A stretch of 63,846 bases of DNA, the filler included, from Reclinomonas americana ATCC 50394 (Eukaryota): NCBI GenBank assembly GCA_048213135.1. It is 7 parts of 4 records of this genome, joined end to end, with 100 filler letters (N's around TTAATTAATTAA, not from the genome) between each part and the next. Parts side by side here need not be neighbours in the genome. Positions count along the whole stretch, not along the records: positions 1 to 7,562 come from PS015824.1; positions 7,663 to 20,831 come from PS015824.1; 5 more parts are not named here. One strand, 5' to 3'. The position numbers and the translations under genes are program-made. Shown piece by piece: positions 1 through 10,600 of the stretch (the first letter of the stretch is position 1; the number at the start of each line of letters is the position of its first letter). The notes under the pieces were generated by a model, which did not search any database, was not told the DNA's origin, and saw nothing but the letters and a program-made list of their open reading frames with translations.

Positions 1-1177
1 TTGCGCTCCGTTTCCCCGTTCATCCGTCTGGTCGATTCTCTGTGCACTCGCGTTGAAGTCGGTGTCGTTGGTGATGACGAAATGGCCATGGTTGCAGACG
101 AGGCCACTGTGAGGGATTGCACAGCGAAAGCTGTTGTCGCTCTGGCTCGTGGTCTCCGCATCCAACTTCGGCAAGTTTTGTTCCAGTGGGATAATGGTGA
201 GCTGATTGCTTGTTTGCTTGCATCGTGCATACAAAAGAAAACACTCACTCACCGTTGCCATTGATGCGACAGAAACGCGAGCGCGCCACCCGACCGCACA
301 TGTACATCCGCAATTCCCGGCCGACCGAGACGAATCGGGGCACGCAGACTCTCGGTCGGCAGAGATTATTCGACAGGCACTGGTGTTGGCAATCGGCGAG
401 TGCGACGCCCTCATGGGTTCCGCTCCTGCCAGTTCAGATCCTGATCCAGAGCCGCTATCTGACGGACAGCCGGCTGTGTCGCTGCGTTTCATCGTGCAGC
501 ATCTCCTCCCCGATTGCTTCCTCGCCCCACTCACCGGCGCAAGCGGAGTGCTGGTTTCTTGTCGCCGACTCGCGGCACTTGTCGCTGAGTCAACTGCCGT
601 GCTGGAATCTGGACTGCATTTGTGCGATGGCCAGCTTACCGTGTTACTGCTCGAAATGGCTCGGCGACACTCTGCCCCTGCGCTTGGCGGCCATCCGCAC
701 GTCGACGCGTTCAGTCGAGCAATGACAGCTGTTGTCAAATTCGGTCACTGGCAGGCGTTGCAGCGCGAGCTAAACGGTGCGTGCGTAGAGCTGGGGTTGA
801 GGGGTGATGGGGAGGCGAGGGAGCTAGCGTTGGAAGGAGAGAGAGAGGGATGGTTGATTTTATTCTCTGTTTGCACTTATTCTTGTTATTCGCGTCTGTG
901 TATTCAGAATGGTTGGAGAGAGAGAGAGAGAGAGAGAGTTGGAGAAATGCTCTCCTTGATCCGTTCGCACGTATTATTGACTCGTCGACGTGCACGAATA
1001 ACAGCCTCATTGACAACCATCCGGTCAACATTGCTGTTGTGTGGCCGTTCGGCCGCGGACCGCGTATCTTACCTTGCCGATCCGTGGAAAGCCTTCTCTG
1101 CTGGTGCGCCTCCTGATCAATCTCTCGTTCCCCACTTTGCCTTTGCGTTCTTACAATTCTTGTCGAAAAATCAGTGA
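1..1177 (+). CDS. 3' part of an intron-containing gene, product unknown (helical, Leu/Ala-rich)
   Basis: Open frames 1-196, ~272-776 and ~1004-1177 are separated by GT..AG segments containing GA/CA microsatellites. No recognisable motif. Confidence 0.45.
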
Positions 1178-1887
1178 CTTCGGACGGTGGTGAGGGTGCG
1201 ATGAAGGCGCTCGCAGGTGGTGGCGTGAAGGCAGCATTACGCTTCGAAGCCTGCACGCGTGACGAGTTTCGCAATTGCAANNNNNNNNNNNNNNNNNNNN
1301 NNNNNNNNNNNNNNNNNNNNNNNNNNNNNNNNNNNNNNNNNNNNNNNNNNNNNNNNNNNNNNNNNNNNNNNNNNNNNNNNNNNNNNNNNNNNNNNNNNNN
1401 NNNNNNNNNNNNNNNNNNNNNNNNNNNNNNNNNNNNNNNNNNNNNNNNNNNNNNNNNNNNNNNNNNNNNNNNNNNNNNNNNNNNNNNNNNNNNNNNNNNN
1501 NNNNNNNNNNNNNNNNNNNNNNNNNNNNNNNNNNNNNNNNNNNNNNNNNNNNNNNNNNNNNNNNNNNNNNNNNNNNNNNNNNNNNNNNNNNNNNNNNNNN
1601 NNNNNNNNNNNNNNNNNNNNNNNNNNNNNNNNNNNNNNNNNNNNNNNNNNNNNNNNNNNNNNNNNNNNNNNNNNNNNNNNNNNNNNNNNNNNNNNNNNNN
1701 NNNNNNNNNNNNNNNNNNNNNNNNNNNNNNNNNNNNNNNNNNNNNNNNNNNNNNNNNNNNNNNNNNNNNNNNNNNNNNNNNNNNNNNNNNNNNNNNNNNN
1801 NNNNNNNNNNNNNNNNNNNNNNNNNNNNNNNNNNNNNNNNNNNNNNACTTACCGCGTGCCCCCCCCCCCCCCCCCCGAGAGACTGCG

Positions 1888-2758
1888 ATGGCGAGCGGCA
1901 GCAGTGGTGGCGGCGATGTGGCGTTGACCAGCTTGAGCATTCCGCAGCTGCATCACTTGAAGCAGGTGTGTACGCGCGTGGAGACAGTGTTTGAGCATAC
2001 TCTTTTCCTTTCCATCTCTCTCTCTGTGTGTGTGCGCACACGCGTGCGTCGTGTCTCTTGCGCACACGCTTGCGTCACGCACACCATCACAATCAGCACG
2101 CACTTGCATGCACGTGCGTGTGCGTGTGTGAGCGAGCGTGGACATGTCACTCATCCTTGTGCTCTCTCTCTGTGTGAAGAACATGGAGCAAGCGCTGCAG
2201 CACATGGAGACGTCGTACGAGAGCTTGATTCAGGTCAAGCAGACCTTCACAGCCTCGCGTAATGTGGTTCGCGAGCTGGCGCGACAGGATGCTGGTGAGA
2301 AAGAAAGAGAGAGAGACAAGTCGTGCTTTGTGTTGTGTGTGTGTGTTGAGGCGCTTTGGTGCACAGATGCACCGTGCATGATCCCGTTGACACAGTCGCT
2401 GATGGTCACTGGCAAGCTGGCCTCCAAGGACAAGGTCATTCTCGACATTGGCACCGGCTTTTACGTGGAAAGAGTTGCGCGCACTTGTTTCACATTCTCG
2501 CGTGTGCATTCTTCTCTCAGTGACACCGCCGCGCAGAATACCGACAAGGCGTGCGAGTACTTGGAGCGGAAAGCCACCATGGTGGACGAGAAGATCCGCG
2601 AACTGGGCACGCAGTTGGAGCAGACGATGCAGAAGCATCGCATTCTTGCCGAGCACATGCAGCAAAAGTTTGCCTCGGATCCAACGGCGGCCGCGCAATT
2701 GCAGGCGCTCTCTGGTGGTGGTGGCGGTGGCGGTGGTCCCTCATCAGGACCCTCGTAG
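1888..2758 (+). CDS. PFDN5: Prefoldin alpha subunit 5
   Basis: Spliced product MASGSS..LTSLSIPQLHHLKQ|NMEQ..PCMIPLTQSLMVTGKLASKDKVILDIGTGFYVER|NTDKACEYLERK carries the alpha-prefoldin hairpin motif (PLT.S..V.G.L....V.DIGTG.YVE). Three introns. Confidence 0.9.
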
Positions 2759-2831
2759 TCGCGCCTCCGTTTCCAGCGAGTTGGCTGGAGACTTGCTGTG
2801 TTGTTGTTGAGTGTCGATGAAAGCGTGGCGG

Positions 2832-4559
2832 TCACTTGTCGTCACCAAAGAGTCCGAGATCACGCGCCGTCACGCGCGGTGGGCACATGCCGTTGCCGTC
2901 CACACACAGCAGCTCACAGACAACGTTGGTGGCGTGACGCAACACTCCCTGGACGACCACCGAGGGTTCCACGACATCGCCATCGGCGGCGGTGTCGAGC
3001 GAGACACTGTTGCGGGCCAGGGTCTGGGGGATGCACGTCAGCGCCGATGCGTAGGCCTCGCAGGCGGGCGCCTCTGGCCGGTCACCGTGCGCCGCCACCC
3101 ACTCGAGCAGCGCTCGCGACAGCGCCGTGTACGTGGCCCCGGCTCCCGGCACCACGTACGGATGTCGCTGCGTGGCCTCGCAGGCACACAAGGCGTCCCA
3201 CACACATCGCTGCGTCTCCTCGCACAACGACTCGGTGGGGGCGCGCACCACCATGGTGCACAGCGGTCGTCCGGCCGACGACTCGATCAGCACGCCCTCC
3301 TGACCGGCGGCCGTCCACTGTCGCAGCGACTGGACGTGGCCGAGCACGCCGTCGGCCTCTGCTGCGAGCAGCGAGACATCCGACACCACACGGCAGCCGC
3401 ACAGCTGCGCCACACTGTCGGCAAACTCAAAGCCCGCGTTGCCGATGCACACGACGCCACGCTCCGCAAAGTACCTGCCCGCAAGAGCCGTGAACGAGAG
3501 ACACACACAGACGAGAGCATCATCCGCCACGCAACTGCTCCGCCACGTGGTGAATCAGCGAGTGGTTGACCACGACACGAGCACCCGTGGCCACCATGCG
3601 CTCACACAGCATGCGCATGGCCTGTCGTTCGGCCTCGCTGACCGCCACCGCCGCCTGATCGTCGTCGGCCGCCACCGCTGCCGCCGCTCCAGTCTCCGGA
3701 TGCAGTCGGTCGAGGTGCAAACGTGACACCAGCACCGGCACATTGGCGACTGCCTGCGGTCCGCCGAGCCCAATCGAGCGCTCCGACAGCACCACGCAGC
3801 GACGCAGCACCTCGGTCTCCGTCACACTACCGCCAGTGGCCAGCACAAAGCGCACATCGCGTCGCACATGCGGCAGCGTGCACATCACCGCCTGCGCGCA
3901 CACGCGCGACAAGTGCTCCCGGTGCGGATTGGAGCTGAGCGAGGTGGCGGCCACGGCCACCGCCCACGAGCCATCATCATCGCCGCCGCCCTCCATCGCG
4001 CGCACTGCCGTCTGCAACTGGCGTCGCACTCGTCGCACACACCACTCGCACGACTGCCGAAAGGCCTGCACGATTGCCGATCGCGACATGCGCAGCGACT
4101 GCACCAGCAGCGATCCACTGCGCAGCAACTCGGCGCTCAACAGTGCCACCGACGTCGTCCCATCACCCACTGTGCGATCCTGCTCCTCACTGGCCTTGAC
4201 TACTTGCAGCGCTGCCCACATGCATGGAGGTGGGGAGGTGAGGAAGACTGTGAGGAGGAGCACTCACATGTACCTGCCGGATGTTGCAGATCCAGACGCC
4301 GCATGACAGTCGCACCATCGTTGGTGGTAAACACATGATCCCGCGCGTCGACAATGACCACGTCCATGCCAGACGGACCTGCACGCCACACAGAGAGCAA
4401 TCAATGATCATCCTTGCTTGTCCAGTCTTCACATTCGCTCACTGACTGACCGAGTGTGGGTCGCACAATGTCGGCCAGTGCACCGACGGCCTGCGCATTG
4501 CTGCGGAGCGCCTCCTCCGCCGACTGCGTCTGTCGCCAGGCGGTCTGCGGTCGCTGCAT
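2832..4559 (-). CDS. Divergent group II chaperonin, CCT-beta (TCP-1 beta)-like paralog
   Basis: Motifs TLGPSGMD, TNDGAT, QHPA, VGDGTTSV, WDALC and VVPGAG. Apical segment VNHSLIHHVAEQ|YFAERG resembles CCT2 INRQLIYNYPEQLF. Three introns, including 3475-3535. Confidence 0.8.
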
Positions 4560-4642
4560 TACTCTGTCCTGTTCGTTTTGTTGATCGCGATCCGTTACAT
4601 TGATTTCGGTCGCGCGAGAGAAGACAACGTTAACCGTGCGAG
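4560..4642. promoter_or_regulatory. Putative bidirectional promoter (83 bp) between divergent start codons
   Basis: CCT-like ATG at 4559 (-) and in-frame TPR ATG at 4643 (+). Inferred from geometry only. Confidence 0.4.
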
Positions 4643-7120
4643 ATGATGGACGGGCAGAGAGCACCGCGGCAGCGAGCGCGGCGGTCGACGCACTTGTCAC
4701 CGGCGGCCACGAAAGGTTTTGCGATCAGCGTGTGTGTAAGAGCCAACTCATGCCTCATTGAGAAAAACAAACACAGCTGCGGAACTGATTCGTCGTGGCG
4801 AGTTTGACGAGGCAGCGCATGTGCTGCGTGAGTCTCTGCAAGGCGGTGAAGTGGGTGGCTTTGGAGCGGAGCGAGCAGAGAGCACACACTTGCTGGGGTG
4901 TGCTTTGTTCGGAAAGGGCCATTGGAGAGAAGCGGCACTTCAGCACGCTCGTGTACTGGCACGCGAACAGCACCTGACAAGAGTCGGACGCGCGCGTGAG
5001 GTAAGAGAGAGTGAGAGTGTGTGACAGGCTGGGTGAGTGAGCACACAAGTGTCTCATCGTTCGGAGGCAGTTGCTGGCCGAGCGTCGTCTGTTTCATGCG
5101 GCTCGGCATGGTCTGGCAGTTGCGCTGTCGCGTTCCGATTGCCCACGCGATCTGACTGATGCTGCCAAGCTGCACCGCGAGTGCGTGCGATTGCGGTGCG
5201 TGCAGCTGGACGTGTGAGCTCTGCGTGTCAGTCAGTCAGCAATGCTCACCTTGCGTTTGCGTACTCAGCACTCGTGAATTGGGATCCGAGTCGCCCGAGA
5301 CGCTCTCGTCGCTGCACAACCTGGCGTGCGTTCTGTGCCGCCTGTCGCAGTACGAGGAGTCGGAGGGCCTGTTCCGGCAGTGTGCCGAGGGACGCGCACG
5401 AGTGTTGCCGCCCGGCGATGCGACAACGCTGCAGTCGTTGGCCAATCACGGCCATGTGCTGCGCCTGCTGGAGCGCCTGGCCGAGTCCAGCGAGGTGCTT
5501 GAGAACTGCGCACAGATGCAGGCCACGTGGTTGGGTGTCGATCACCCGGACAGGTTATCGACGCTGCATTCGTGGGGGCTCACACTGGAGGCCATTGGTG
5601 ATCATGTGCTGGAGAGCGCCGAAGACGTGCTGGAGGAGTGCTGGCGATTGCGCACCACGAAACTCGGCACCTCTCACCCCGACACGTCGAGCACACTGAC
5701 CGCGCTCCAGCGCGTGCGCACCGCCATTGCCGGCCTCAGCACCACTCTGAGATTAGCCCCGGCTCCGTATGAAGGTTTGATTTATCAAGTGTGATGGGTG
5801 GGACTTGCATCACTGACGCGTCGGTGCAGCTGCCACACCCACCAGCGCATTGTTGAGCTCCACGACGGGCAGTCAGGGACTGTTGCTGACTGCCGAGGAC
5901 GGGGAAGACGACGAGAGTGACTCGTCGCCCGAGTTGCGGGGATTAGAGAGACCGACTCCCACCGACGATGAGTTGTTCCTGGACGGTGAGTGGTTGGAAG
6001 AAGGGGAAGGAAGTGAGGCGTACTCTTGAGCTCATTGATCGTTCTCCAGCGTTTTCACCAGACACTGGCATGGTTGCGAAACAACAAGCCGTGCCTGTCA
6101 TGTCGCCGCTGTCATCATGTTCGTGCAGTTGCTGCTGTCACTTCCCCCGTCTCCAGTTAGTGACACACACGCGTGCAGGTGGACAACTGCCTGTCTCTGT
6201 CTGGAGTGAGCACGACGACCTGAATGCAAGCTCAGGCGATCCCTTGGTGCTGGTGGACCTCGATTCCGACGACAGCGTGGATGCGGTGGGCGTAAAGTGT
6301 GTGTCGCCCACATCGTCGTCGTCGTCGTTCGATTTCGACGACACGTACGAGGACGCACAGCCGACAGCCGATTTTGACAACTACATTGTGGTCAGCGGTG
6401 GCGGCGGTGGCGGCATCGTGCTAGTGACGGACAAGGACGGCGACGATGAGGGCAAGAGACCTGCCGAGTCACCTGTCAAGTCTGCCACACTGGACACGGT
6501 GGTGGCCGACGACTCGGTCTCGTGCGCCAAGTGCGTTGACACTTGTGACGACGAAAAGGCTCGAGGTGCGTGTGTCGACGCCATTCGGCGCTGTGAATGC
6601 GCGCCACTGACTCACCACGTCGACATACAGAATTGCGAAACCGGTTTTCGCCGTCGACCGGTGAGTTGTCTCATCTCAGAGAGTACATTGGTGTTCATCC
6701 AAGCCCACGTCTCATTCTCAACAATTTTGGTGCAGACATTACTGCGGTGCTGGACTTTGTGGGCACACAGTTCCAGTGGCCGGCGGCAACCCGCCAGAAT
6801 ATCGAGACAATTCTCCGAGATCAGGTGCGTGCTGCAGCAGGGCAAGTTACCCCTGCATGCGTGCTCTATCGCTAACAAAAGAGAAAACACGCACACACTA
6901 CAGGGCTGCTTCTGCGTTCTCGGCTTGTGGATGCTGCGAATGTTTCGTCCGCCATCAACATTGTCGCTGTTCGAACACTTGCTCATTCTCTTTCTCTCTC
7001 CCGCCTTGCAGCGATCTCGCCAACAAGGACCTCAGCGCGAAACTCGGGCTCACACTTGGCACCTCACGAGCACTGGAGTGGTTCCTCAACGAGCTGACAT
7101 TCGCCGGATTGCTGCGATGA
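4643..7120 (+). CDS. Kinesin-light-chain-type TPR protein with acidic linker and possible C-terminal SAM-like helical domain
   Basis: Repeats LGSESPETLSSLHNLACVL, LPPGDATTLQSLANHGHVL, LGVDHPDRLSTLHSWGLTL and LGTSHPDTSSTL. Phase-consistent exons continue to ..DLSAKLGLTLGTSRALEWFLNEL..* at 7120. Confidence 0.7.
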
Positions 7121-7193
7121 ATGCTCTCAGAGAGACAATGTACGAAATGAGTCACAAAGCCGTCGCAGTCTTCACCCTCGCAAGGAAGCAGCC

Positions 7194-7562
7194 ATGTTTC
7201 GCAGCTTCTTCTTCAAGCCCAAGAAGCTGTTGCGATGCTCACAGTGCCTTCACACGCACTCACTCAAACACTCACTCACACTCTCTCGCACACAGGAAGC
7301 AAAGTCTGCGCACTGCACACACTCGTCTCCGCCTGCTCACCAACAAGAAGCTTAATGCCGTCAAGGTGCGTGGTCTCTCTTGCACACATACACACATACA
7401 CAATCACTCACTCTCACACGCACACAGGTTTCGCGACGCGGTGTCGCACAGGTGCGTGTGCTCCTCATTCACAACTTGCTCTCTCTCTCCTTCTCACACA
7501 CACACGCTCTTCTCCACAGCTTCTCTCTCAGAAGAAGTTTGACTCGGCACGCATTCGAGTTA
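7194..7562 (+). CDS. IST1: IST1 (ESCRT-III-like regulator of Vps4), 5' part; truncated at contig linker
   Basis: Not visible as one ORF. Spliced MFRSFFFKPKKL|KQSLRTAHTRLRLLTNKKLNAVK|VSRRGVAQ|LLSQKKFDSARIRV matches the IST1 N-terminus (FK..L...L.....RL.LL..KK......R..IA..L......ARIRV). Confidence 0.85.
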
Positions 7563-7606
7563 NNNNNNNNNNNNNNNNNNNNNNNNNNNNNNNNNNNNNN
7601 NNNNNN

Positions 7607-7618
7607 TTAATTAATTAA
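7607..7618. other. Artificial six-frame-stop contig linker TTAATTAATTAA (also 20876-20887, 34611-34622, 56284-56295, 58174-58185, 59910-59921)
   Basis: Identical 12-mer centred in equal-length N runs at six places. Confidence 0.97.
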
Positions 7619-7662
7619 NNNNNNNNNNNNNNNNNNNNNNNNNNNNNNNNNNNNNNNNNNNN

Positions 7663-10600
7663 GGCGGTGGCCTCGGATGCTCTGGCGCAGTCGCAACACA
7701 ACCTGGCAACTGCAACTGCTGAGCGTGACGAACTGCGTACAGCATTGGCGACAGCGCATACTGCGGCGAAAGCACAGCGGGAGGTGGAGCGAGAGGTGCG
7801 CGCCGAGTTGGAGGAGGCTCGTCGCCAGGTGGCCGCTGGTGAGCAGACAGCAGAGGAACTGCGTGGCACGGTCGCGCACTGGCAGGGAGACAGCAACAAG
7901 AAGGCCGCTGAGCTCGTCACGCTGGTCGCCGTCCGCGATCGTCTGCAGCAGGAACTGGCTGCCGTGACGCAAAAGCACCACGCAACAGTGGTTGAGTTGG
8001 AAGAGGAACGGCAGGCGCGGCAGACGGTAGCCTCGGGCAAGTCGTCGGTGGAGGATGATCGAAACAGCCTGCAGCGTGATTTGCAGGTGTGCTGCTTGTT
8101 TTCCCCCGCTGCTTCACATGTGCTCGAGAGTCGTGCTCACCACGCACAACTACGTGTGCCTCGCACAGCGAGTGACAGCCGAGCGTGCCCAGATGGAGAC
8201 GGCGTTGCATGATCTGCGTGCGGCGCACGCGAAGCTGGCCGACGACAACGTGGCACTCGGCGCGACTCGCCACGAACTGGCGACGTTGGTCGCCTCACTG
8301 GAGGAGACCATCCGTCAACTTCGCAGTGAGTTGCGCGACACGGTGTCGGCACGCAATGTGCTCGATGCCAAGCGAGTGGCCCTGGAGCAAGACCTGGCGG
8401 CAGTCGCGGCCGACTTGGAGGCCGCGCGATCCGACGTCACCGCCCTGCACCGCCGGCTGGCCGAGAGTGAAAAGACGTGCCGCACACTCGGTGACCGGGT
8501 GACGCAACTGGAGGCGGAGTCGGCGTCGCTTACTACCGATTTGCAGGCGGTGCGATCAGAGAACGAGCAGGTCAATGCCACCAATTCTCGTCTGTCACAG
8601 CAGCTGGCGCACAGCGTACGGGAGGGCGAGACGACAGAGGGCGCGAGACGTGTGCTGGCCCAGCGGCTGAGTGACACGGAGGAGTCGCTGCGTGAGGCGC
8701 ACGACGAGGCACAGATCTTGCGCCGTCAGCTGCAGGAGGAGGTGGCCAGTGGAGCCGCCCGGCTGGACGAGAGTAGGCGCGAGCACGAAAAGACCGAGAG
8801 CCAGCGGCAGGCGCTGGCCGACATTGTGTCGCGTCTGCGACACGAGGCCACCGAGCGCGGTCACGAGCTGTCGACGACGACCGCAGAACGCGATCGACTG
8901 CGCGTCAACCTGGAGCAAGATGCGATGGCTCACCAGGCCACCGTCGAGCACCTCAAGTCCCAGCTGGAGGATACTCGTGCGGCGCTGGAGGCCGAAATGA
9001 CCAAATCGAGAGGCCTCGAGCGCGACCTGGCGAACACGCAGAGTGAGCGTGATCACGCTGCAGCCGACGGTGCACGAGCTGGTGGCGAGTTGAAGCAGCT
9101 GCGTGAGGAGCACGAGGAACTCGTGGCTCTCCAGCAGGCTACCCGGGCGGAGCTCGACGAGGCGCAGCAACACGGGCGACAACTGACGGTCTCCCTGGCC
9201 AAGGTGACCAGTGAGCTGGAGGCCACATGCGTGGTTCGCGATGGCCTGCGTACCGATCTCAGTCAGCTGCAGCACGAACACACCGAGGTGTTTGCGGCAC
9301 ACGAACAGCTGAAGGCCGACTACAGTGTGCTGGATCAGGAGAAGCGGCAACTGGAGTTGCAGCTGCAGCGCACCAAGAGTTCGCTGGCCACCACCGAAAA
9401 GGAGCGCGACTCGCTGCGTGAGGCTCTGGTTCTTTTGCAGACAGAGTACCACGCCGAGTGTGATCGTAGTGCACAGCTCAGCGAGCACGTCGACATGCTT
9501 GTGCATTCGGCCGAATCATTCACGGTGCTTGGGCGTGGTGCGGCTATTGACCTTGAGGAGCCGACGGACATGGGCGCGTACGGGTATGCGGACGACGACG
9601 ACTCGATGGCCTTTATCGACACCTCTGGCGAATCGCTGGCCGTCTCCGAAGGTCACATGGCTGGCGAGGCCACTCCTACCGGAGCGAGTGCAGCCGGAGG
9701 CACTGCCACTGTACCACTGTCTAGACAGAGCAAAGCCAGTGGGAGCGGTGCTTCACTGCCTGCTGGTGCTGCTGCGGCTCCCTTGTCGGTTCGCACTGCG
9801 AAAGCTGTGGGCGCCGCCCGTCTCCCAGTGTCGAGCGGCGATGAGATGGTAGTCGCGATGGAGCTCGCGGACGCCGACGAAGATGTGGAGGTCGACGCTG
9901 ACGCTGATGTGGCTTTGGTCACCACCGATCGCGGATCGCCGCCGGTGACACTCGGTTCGGCGTCTGCGGTTCTGTCCAGTGGAGTGCCGCAGGCAACACA
10001 CGCCGGGTCTCCGTCGAGCATCTCCACTCCAGCGATGCACGTGGGAGGACCAGCGTCGACACCCCATGCTGGGTCACCGTCGGTGGCCGGTGCTTCAAGT
10101 GCACCGCCACAAGGCGTCGCAGGCAGCGCGGCAGTGGCCGCACCTCCGTCGGCGCACGTCGGTGCATCAGCTGCTTCGCCATCTGCAGCATCAGCCGCTC
10201 AGGCGGCGGTGCATGCTGCAGGGCATCCGTTGAGCTCACCGCACACTGTAGCCGACGGCGCCGGCCCTGCCACCGCTTCACTGCCACCGACCGCCTCCGG
10301 CACTGTCGCCCACCCGACGGCTTCTGCACCACCTTCAAGTGTCGGTGGTTCCAGTTTGCCGCCGCAGGGCGATGTGGGCAGCGCAGCGGCGTCCGTTCCG
10401 CCGTCAGCTGGTTCTGCCGGCGCTCTGTCCTCAGCGATTGCTGACGATGCAGCTCCTGTCGCCATCCACCACGTTGGTGGAGCACCGCCTTCCGGCAGTG
10501 ATGTGAATTCTTCACATGCCGCCGCCGGAAGTGCAGCGTCGGTGGTCTCGGCACCAACACAAGCAACACATGCCGGATCGGCAGCGCAAGTCGGTTCTCC

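Noticed and set aside
735..2262. ORFs spanning N gaps (also ~24400-25700, 33200-34400, 50700-51700)
   Set aside because: Their length is an artefact of translating N runs.
2474..2536. GTTGCG introns as Introner-like transposons with terminal inverted repeats (TTGCGC..GCGCAG)
   Set aside because: Intron bodies are unrelated, no consistent target duplication is visible, and several end in TAG, ACAG or AACAG without complementarity.
7563..7662. Recurrent TTAATTAATTAA palindrome as a biological repeat
   Set aside because: Always centred in equal N runs. It is an artificial six-frame-stop linker.
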